This document shows, one piece after another, positions 45,975-52,869 of a stretch of 64,000 nt of DNA. The notes under the pieces are model-generated. The model did not search any database. It saw only the letters and a program-made list of their open reading frames with translations, and was not told the origin of the DNA. The stretch covers positions 704,001 through 768,000 of the forward strand of contig CAWBZI010000001.1 of the NCBI GenBank assembly GCA_963793265.1, in the 5' to 3' direction. Source of the DNA: an uncultured cyanobacterium (GTDB lineage: Bacteria; Cyanobacteriota; Cyanobacteriia; Phormidesmidales; Phormidesmidaceae). A program made the translations under genes and the position numbers. Every line of letters begins with the position of its first letter. The first letter of the stretch is position 1.

Positions 45975-48900
45975 TTATAGGTCAGTTGCCGTTGGATAGG
46001 TTTCGTTTGTAGGCATTGCCGAAGAGGTTTCCGAAGAAGTTGCCGCAGAAGTCGTCGAAGAATCTGCTTGAACGCTTTCGTCACCAGACTCTTGAGAAAC
46101 TTGAATAACAGACTCTTCTTGCTGAACAGGTGCAGCAGGCTGTGTGCCAAAGCCATTCAACAAACCGCTGAGCTTAGCCGTCATCCCAAAGTAAAAGCCG
46201 CCCGCGCTCCGATTCTCACCGAAGTCGGTATCGTTAGCGCCGCCGCTATAGCCCGCCGAAACGCGCAGGTCAGGCAGCGGATAGTAGCCGCCTTCAAGCG
46301 AGTAGCCGGTTTCATTAAAGCCACTGCCGCCAATCCAGCGCACTTCGCCCACCGTATCCCAGCGATAGCCCAAGCGATAGGTTGCTCTGGCCTGTGCAAG
46401 CTGTACGGTGCTGCCGCTAGAAAAGCTGTTGTCAGAAACGTTCAGCGAACTGCGGCTGTGGCGTAGCGCATACTTTCCGTATAGCTCCCATCGCCAGTTA
46501 GGCGCATAGATACCTTCAGCCGAAAAGACATGATCCTGCGTTTCCGAATTAGTCCCAGAAAGAGAGTTTGTCGGAATCGAATTAGGGTTCATCCGGTGCT
46601 CGTAGCGCAACAGCCCGTTAAAGCGGTCGTCTTTAGGATTGCGGTAGGCCATACCCAGCTTAAGAATGCTAGTGGTGCCCAAACCTGTGATTCGTTGATT
46701 AGCTGCACGCGCCGCTCGATAATCTCCTAATAGCGTTATGGAAGGCGTGACTCGACCCAGTGCAGAGAGCGTGAATACTGTGTTAGACGTGCCCCGATTG
46801 GAGCTGCGGTGCTCGAAGCGAGTACTGGCCTGAAAATCTGGATTGTCGGTGTAAGAAAGGCCCACGCTGTAACTTTCGCCGCCTGCCAAGCCCAACGCCG
46901 CCGCTCTGTTGCCAGTCGCGAACGGTTGAGCAAACTGCGTACTCGCAGCGGTTTCATTACCTAGCGTAGAGAAGACTTTCTCATAACCCAAATCCAAATC
47001 TAAGCCAGGCGCTAAGTTAATGCCCTGCTCTAAGCCAATCGTGCCGCCAATCTGACGACCGTCTACCGTAGAGAATCGACCGCGAATGGTGGTATCTGAA
47101 GCGAAAGTATGATCTCCAGTGACATCGATACTGGTTGCGTTGCCGCGGCTGTTGCCGCCACCGCCATAAAAGACTTGGTTAGCGCTGATGTTGAGCCAGG
47201 GCATTACTTCCCAGTTCAGACCAATCAGCGTACGGCTAGGGTAGATAGGATCTACGTTAGAAGAGAGGTTAAGTTCGTTTTGGGCGACTAGACTAAGCTT
47301 GCGAGTGATGGGCGTGGTTAAGCGAGTTCTGAGCTGGTCAGAAGAGATTGATCGGTCGCTGTTGATGCGGTCTGTGCGATCGCGATGCAGCCAGTCTATT
47401 TCTGCCGTCGCTCGGCCCAATCGCTGACTTAACCCTATTGAATAGGTCGTCAGCGAATTATCTAGAGGTGCACCCGGCTCGGTATTTAGGCCCAACAACA
47501 GATCAGAGACATCGGTGATGACCCGAGGCGCATTACCTGTATTATCTTCATGATCGTAGCGGGCTCTGAGTGAAGTATTGCGCCCCAAACGTCCTGTCAC
47601 CTGAGCGCCATAGCGGGTTTGCCCTGGCACAAAGCTCGTCGTCGCAGTATTCGTAAAGCCCGCATCCGTAGAGCGGTAATAGGCTCGACCGCTAAGCGCC
47701 GTGCCTAAGCTACCGTCAAACGAAATCCGATAGCCCGTGCCGTTGACCTCATCGGTACCCGAAAAATCGCTTGAAGACTGCGCAATTTCAGCAATCACCT
47801 GAGCATTCTGGCCTAAGGCAATGCGAGCGTCCGCGCCATAAAGCGTAAAGTCGCGAGTGCCCTGGTCTTCGGTAAAGTAGCTCGCCCCCACCCAAGACTC
47901 TACGCCCTGCTGCTGATTGAGGTTGTATTGCAAGCGTCCCGCTAAGATGTCGGTGTCGTCACCGTCTTCGTGCTGGTAAGTTGCAACAATCCGACGAACC
48001 AACAACAGTCCATAATCATCAACAGCGGTGCGAGTCACCGGATCGTTGAAGAGAATCGTGCCTCGGTCGTAGTCAATCTCGTAGTCAGCACCACGATAGA
48101 GAGGCTTGCGCTCTAACACCGTACCGGGCCGTTCGAGTTCTTCAAGTTCTATATAGACATTTTCACTACCGGGCAACAGATTGCGCTCAGATGTAAAGTA
48201 GAAGCCGCTCGTACCGTCAGGCACAATCGTATCTCTTTGGAAGCCTTCTACGTTGTTAGCGTATAGGCCCGTAACGGCTAAGTTGCCGAAGTTGTAGTTA
48301 GATTTGAAGCCGTGAAGCTGGCGGCTTGTGGCGGTAAAAAGCTGAGAAGAGGTAGCAAATTCAGACGTGCTGAAGTCGCCCCACATGGCGTAGTCAATAG
48401 CTCTATCGTTGCTGGGCGAGTTGCGCTCTAGTCGTAAGTAAACGCTGTCGAGAGAAGGCGCGAGCGTATCGGTGTAAGAGTCGTCGCCGTAGGTTGTATA
48501 GCTGCTGCAATCGCTGCCAGTGCCCGATCGAAAGAGCGTTGTTTCGCCACGACAGTTTTCGTTGAGGGTGCGATCGCTGTTATAAGCCCCCGTATAAAGC
48601 CACTCGCCCAAATTACCCGTTGCAAACACCGCCGCGTCTACATCAAACTCATAGCTGTTGTCGCCATCTTCAGGTAAAAAGTCTCGGAAGCTGTCGTAAA
48701 AGTCGGTGCCGCGTGCGCCCACTCGGATGTCAATTACACCCGAAATTAAGCTAGGTCTTTGCGGGGTTTCAAACTGCACCTGGCTAAAGGCATCGAACCC
48801 GTTAGCATTTGCCTGAATCTGCACCAGATGAGATTCGAGCGAAGATTGCAGCTCAGCAGCGAACTCACCGCGCCGAATTTCTACCTGATAGCCCGGCATA

Positions 48901-50471
48901 TCTGGGTCTTGATCAGCACCGATAAACTGACCGTCGCTCGTGCGCAGCGTGGCCACCGAATCCCAGCGAGAGATGTTGCCAATCTCATCGACGAGCTGGC
49001 CGCGAATCGTCGCCGTAGAGCGACCGTCAGAAGGAATCGACTGGGGAGAGAGCAACACCAGTTTTTCAGGCAAGCCTCGCACCGTCAGCGGCAAGCTTTG
49101 GAGAACGTCACCCGTTTCTGTTGAAATAACTTCTAGAACGTTCTCACCTGACACCAGGGGAACGCCGTACCAGGTTTGCGTACGAAGCTGAGTCACTGGG
49201 TCGGTTTCTGTTCTACCCACTAAGCTCGAATCAACCACATGGCCGTTCGTCAGCAGAGCGATATTTGCGCCAGTCGGGAAGCGCAGCACAACAGAAGTGG
49301 CCGGAATATCCAGGAAAGCGCCTGCTTCAGGGCTTAAAAACTCAATGTCACTGGCGTCTGCTGAGACGGCAATTTCATCACCAGTCGCTAAGTCAGCAGG
49401 CGTAATTGATATCTGTTGAATACCGTTAATATCGTAGCTAGCAACGCCCGGTGTGAACGTAGAGTCGATGATGGCAATATCGTCGCTATCAGCTTCTATC
49501 AGCTCGCGTGGCGTGAGCGAAATCCAGGCAGCGGGACGTTTAGCAGCCTCACGTCTTGGTAGGTTGACAGCGAGGCGAGGCGCGTTTGGATTCTCTTGTA
49601 TCTGGCCGTTGTCGTCCACCATGAGACGACGCGCTAGCCAGGGCGTTTTCTTTTCGTCATCGTCTTCAGCCTCTAGGCCAAGCGCAATCCGAAGCTCATC
49701 CCGTTTTTCTTCCGCTTCGTCTGTCGCTTCAGGCGCGAGGGCAATTTGAGGCGCGAGAGTTTGTAGAGGTGCGATCGCTTCTACAGCTTCCGTTTCAATT
49801 GACGTCTCAAAACCCGGCAGTGTCGTTGCTAACCATGGAGTTTTCTTTTGCTCAGCCTGCGGGGCTTCAGGCGTAGCGATCGCAATCAAAGGCGCAATCG
49901 TATTAAAGTCTTGCTTCTCTGGGGGGGGGGCGATCACGATCAAAGGCGATTCCTTAAGTAAAAGCGCCTGATTTTCTGTTTCTTCCTCTTCCTCTTCTTC
50001 AATCCCTTCCTCAGGAGAGAGAGATAATAGTGCTGGTTCAGTGTTTGCTGCTGTGAGGTCTACTGTAGGCTCATTGCTGGCTTCTGAAGAATCTACAGCA
50101 ATGAGGGGGAAGTCGTTTTGAGCAGATTGAGCGATCACACTCTCTTCTGCAAACGCTTGGGCCAGCAAAGGAGCCGTCGGTTCATAATTATCGGCAACCA
50201 CCGTCTCCGACTCAATCCAGGGAACATCCCACTGTACCGCGCGAGTTTTTAGCTCAACGCCAGGCGCGATCGCCTCTAAAGACTCAGCCTCATCAACAGG
50301 ATCTATCGGGGTGTCTAACCCCTGTACGGCCTCAGCAGATTGAGCATTAGCAGCGCTAGGCAGCAGCCCCAAACTCGCTAGCACACTTACAGCAAGCCCA
50401 GACTTCAGACCAGCAGGACAGTTTGAGAGCAGTCTAAAGAGCAACAGTTTATCTTTTGAAGTTTTAGACAT
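45975..50471 (-). CDS. Large outer-membrane beta-barrel protein (putative translocon/usher)
   Basis: Signal peptide; acidic disordered N-terminus; invasin-like Ig (PSDGRSTATI..LVDE.GN); GADYEIDYDRGTILF; long C-terminal run of amphipathic strands with aromatic ends. Confidence 0.75.
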   Translation of the reverse strand: MSKTSKDKLLLFRLLSNCPAGLKSGLAVSVLASLGLLPSAANAQSAEAVQGLDTPIDPVDEAESLEAIAPGVELKTRAVQWDVPWIESETVVADNYEPTAPLLAQAFAEESVIAQSAQNDFPLIAVDSSEASNEPTVDLTAANTEPALLSLSPEEGIEEEEEEETENQALLLKESPLIVIAPPPEKQDFNTIAPLIAIATPEAPQAEQKKTPWLATTLPGFETSIETEAVEAIAPLQTLAPQIALAPEATDEAEEKRDELRIALGLEAEDDDEKKTPWLARRLMVDDNGQIQENPNAPRLAVNLPRREAAKRPAAWISLTPRELIEADSDDIAIIDSTFTPGVASYDINGIQQISITPADLATGDEIAVSADASDIEFLSPEAGAFLDIPATSVVLRFPTGANIALLTNGHVVDSSLVGRTETDPVTQLRTQTWYGVPLVSGENVLEVISTETGDVLQSLPLTVRGLPEKLVLLSPQSIPSDGRSTATIRGQLVDEIGNISRWDSVATLRTSDGQFIGADQDPDMPGYQVEIRRGEFAAELQSSLESHLVQIQANANGFDAFSQVQFETPQRPSLISGVIDIRVGARGTDFYDSFRDFLPEDGDNSYEFDVDAAVFATGNLGEWLYTGAYNSDRTLNENCRGETTLFRSGTGSDCSSYTTYGDDSYTDTLAPSLDSVYLRLERNSPSNDRAIDYAMWGDFSTSEFATSSQLFTATSRQLHGFKSNYNFGNLAVTGLYANNVEGFQRDTIVPDGTSGFYFTSERNLLPGSENVYIELEELERPGTVLERKPLYRGADYEIDYDRGTILFNDPVTRTAVDDYGLLLVRRIVATYQHEDGDDTDILAGRLQYNLNQQQGVESWVGASYFTEDQGTRDFTLYGADARIALGQNAQVIAEIAQSSSDFSGTDEVNGTGYRISFDGSLGTALSGRAYYRSTDAGFTNTATTSFVPGQTRYGAQVTGRLGRNTSLRARYDHEDNTGNAPRVITDVSDLLLGLNTEPGAPLDNSLTTYSIGLSQRLGRATAEIDWLHRDRTDRINSDRSISSDQLRTRLTTPITRKLSLVAQNELNLSSNVDPIYPSRTLIGLNWEVMPWLNISANQVFYGGGGNSRGNATSIDVTGDHTFASDTTIRGRFSTVDGRQIGGTIGLEQGINLAPGLDLDLGYEKVFSTLGNETAASTQFAQPFATGNRAAALGLAGGESYSVGLSYTDNPDFQASTRFEHRSSNRGTSNTVFTLSALGRVTPSITLLGDYRAARAANQRITGLGTTSILKLGMAYRNPKDDRFNGLLRYEHRMNPNSIPTNSLSGTNSETQDHVFSAEGIYAPNWRWELYGKYALRHSRSSLNVSDNSFSSGSTVQLAQARATYRLGYRWDTVGEVRWIGGSGFNETGYSLEGGYYPLPDLRVSAGYSGGANDTDFGENRSAGGFYFGMTAKLSGLLNGFGTQPAAPVQQEESVIQVSQESGDESVQADSSTTSAATSSETSSAMPTNETYPTATDL
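49921..49930 (+). repeat. G10 homopolymer (C10 on the coding strand) within the barrel gene
   Basis: Ten consecutive G; encodes APPP, currently in frame. Confidence 0.85.
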
Positions 50472-50473
50472 GA

Positions 50474-51976
50474 TTAGTTTTGCTCCTCCTGGAAAGTGGG
50501 CGTTACCCCAAAGTTCATGCGCACGAGCCCGCCGGGAGCAAGATTAACCAGTCGAGAATGACTGTTGCGTTCGTTAAAGCGAAGGTTTGGGGCGAGCGTG
50601 TAGCCCGGTAAGCTACTCAGATCAATAGTGCCGGTACGCTGTCCAGGCAGCATTTTTTGAACAGAATAAAGGCCGTCCGCATCAGTAACCACTCGGTTAC
50701 CGTCATCTAAGAATATGACCGCGTTTGGAATACCCGCCTCACCCGGCTGCTGCTCGCCATCAAAGTTTTTATCTTCAAAAACGCGACCGATGAGCGTACC
50801 GCAGTCAGAGAGAATACCAGGGTCAAGCGTTAGTTGATGAGAGCTTGGCCCGTCTTGAACCCTAAAGCCGCTATCTGTTCTTTCGGCAGTAACCTCAGCG
50901 CTGTTACGGCCCGACCCTCTTAGCGCATCTGGCGTCAGCCGCACACCGTAGATAATATCTAGCGTACGATCAGCAGGCAGCACATCAGGCACCCTAAAGC
51001 TTACTGTTCGATTATTGATATCAGCAACAACCGGAACAACATCACCGTCTACTTGGCCCGTCACTGACTCTGGCAACAGCTCGAAACCAAGCGGTAGCGT
51101 ATCTACTGCAACAATTGAATCGATACCAGCTCTAGCCAAGTTTTGAATATTTAACCGATAGAGAACAATATCTCCAGGCTGAGCCGCAGAGCGGTCGGCT
51201 GATTTGGTGATTCTGACCTGCTCAGATTCGCAAATAACAGAGCTTAAACCAAATTCAAAGAAGGTTAAGAACTGAACGGCTGCGTTGCGAACTTCAACCC
51301 GGCGCGTGAGTTCGGTAGCACCATCAACTGAGATAGGCTGACCGTCTAAAGATGTCGCTCGGTAGCTAAGTGTTGCTGTATTATTTGCAGTATCTTCTGC
51401 AATGCCTTGCAGTTCAATTCGAATACGTCTCTCGCCAAAAGAAGAGTCATCTGGTGGATTGATAACCAGGATATATTGAGCACCTGCGTCGGTCTGGCTT
51501 AGCCCAGCGTTAATTGGGCTAGTGAGCTGAACAGACGAATCGAATAAGAAATTGTAACGACCTTCATTCGGTAAGAAGGGAAAGGGATTAACGTTGCTCT
51601 CGTTGGGTGGAATGCTGTCGGTACCGCTAGTAGGCGTAAGAGATACCAAATTTCCTAAATCTAAACCGCTAGCATCGGGTTCGTAGAGCGCACTCGAAAA
51701 GCCAACATAGCTAGGAAGCGGTTCGCCATTGCAGCCTAAAAGATCGCCGCCTGGGTCGATTAATACTGGGTCTAGGCCAGTGATAATTTGGTTAGAGGTA
51801 ATGCCAACGGGGCCGTTGCCAGTGGTGTAGGTAGCCGTCGCTTCGTTAAGAATATCAGGTAGCTGCGCGTAGGCACCGGTGATTGGGTGGCTCAAGAGGC
51901 CAACTAAAACGAGGGCCATCAAACGCTGCCAGCGGCGGGAGCGTCGAAACCATTTAGGTGTGGAAAAAATTGGCAT
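50474..51976 (-). CDS. Secreted DUF11 + SdrD B-like protein
   Basis: Signal peptide; ILNEATATY..TSN; VRITKSADRS.AQPGDIVLY..VDTLP..GRNSA; GRVFEDKNFDGEQQPGE.GI; 2-nt gap to the barrel gene. Confidence 0.85.
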   Translation of the reverse strand: MPIFSTPKWFRRSRRWQRLMALVLVGLLSHPITGAYAQLPDILNEATATYTTGNGPVGITSNQIITGLDPVLIDPGGDLLGCNGEPLPSYVGFSSALYEPDASGLDLGNLVSLTPTSGTDSIPPNESNVNPFPFLPNEGRYNFLFDSSVQLTSPINAGLSQTDAGAQYILVINPPDDSSFGERRIRIELQGIAEDTANNTATLSYRATSLDGQPISVDGATELTRRVEVRNAAVQFLTFFEFGLSSVICESEQVRITKSADRSAAQPGDIVLYRLNIQNLARAGIDSIVAVDTLPLGFELLPESVTGQVDGDVVPVVADINNRTVSFRVPDVLPADRTLDIIYGVRLTPDALRGSGRNSAEVTAERTDSGFRVQDGPSSHQLTLDPGILSDCGTLIGRVFEDKNFDGEQQPGEAGIPNAVIFLDDGNRVVTDADGLYSVQKMLPGQRTGTIDLSSLPGYTLAPNLRFNERNSHSRLVNLAPGGLVRMNFGVTPTFQEEQN

Positions 51977-52131
51977 TGTATCTCGTTCAAATGGCTTTTT
52001 AAGGGCTCAGATATTTGTGATAGAAATAGTGTTTAGGAGGCTCCTATGGCGCTGAAGGTTACTGTGACCTGTCAGGGAAGGAAATATTGAGCAAGAATAT
52101 TGAATAGTTTGATTAGAAAAAGAGAAAGAGA

Positions 52132-52170
52132 AGGGCGATCGCACTCCTTTAAAAGAACTGCGATCGCCCT
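52132..52170 (-). terminator. Intrinsic terminator built from two HIP1 sites, after the first two locus genes
   Basis: AGGGCGATCGCA / TGCGATCGCCCT inverted repeat followed on the minus strand by a U/C-rich tract. Confidence 0.7.
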
Positions 52171-52185
52171 ATTCATCTACCGTGA

Positions 52186-52749
52186 CTACTTAACCGTCAC
52201 TTCATGAGAAACGTTAACAGCAACAGAGCTACCCAGCGCTTCGTTAAAGTTCCATTTCACGTGAGTGTAAGCAGAAGCAGGCGCAGGCTGCATCTCAACA
52301 GTGCCATCAGGCAAAGTAACTTCGACCATAGGCTCAGCTACAAAAGTCGCACCACCGTCGATGCTGTAAGTCGCATCAGCCGCAGTATTACCCTTCTCAG
52401 AACCAATGACATAAGTCATCGCAGCAGGAATAGGCTGAGTAATCACGAGATTTTCAGCAGGCAGTTCGCCAGCGTTAGAAGAAACGACCGCGTAGCGTAG
52501 CTTATCACCAGGCTGTACAGCCGCTTCGCCCTCTAGCTTTTGCCATTCAGCTTTCTCGGTACCGTCAGCATCGACGACAGTCATCTCTTTTTCAACGCCC
52601 ATTTCGAGCTTTACTTCAGGGCGAGTGAGGCGCTGTGCGATCGCCGCGCCCGCTTCTTGAATGCTCGCAAACACAGGTGTGCTCACTGCAAAAGGCGCAG
52701 AGGCCACCAAAGCTGCAACACCCAAACCAAACATGAACTTACGTTTCAT
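52186..52749 (-). CDS. Small secreted single-domain DUF11-like protein
   Basis: Signal peptide; VQPGDKLRY..NAG..AENLVITQPIPAAMTYV..YSIDGG..YTHVKW..VSHEVTVK*. Confidence 0.88.
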   Translation of the reverse strand: MKRKFMFGLGVAALVASAPFAVSTPVFASIQEAGAAIAQRLTRPEVKLEMGVEKEMTVVDADGTEKAEWQKLEGEAAVQPGDKLRYAVVSSNAGELPAENLVITQPIPAAMTYVIGSEKGNTAADATYSIDGGATFVAEPMVEVTLPDGTVEMQPAPASAYTHVKWNFNEALGSSVAVNVSHEVTVK

Positions 52750-52869
52750 AATTTATTGAACCTTATAGAAAGTGTGACTGTGAATCTTTTGAAAGCAACA
52801 AATCAAATCGATTGAGAGAAGCCAGGCACAAGTTCTTTTAGCGCGCCCAGCTTCAGCTCATATCATCGA

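Noticed and set aside
45975..50471. Calling the barrel a TonB-dependent receptor or PapC-type usher
   Set aside because: No TonB box, plug or usher motifs recognised; family left unassigned
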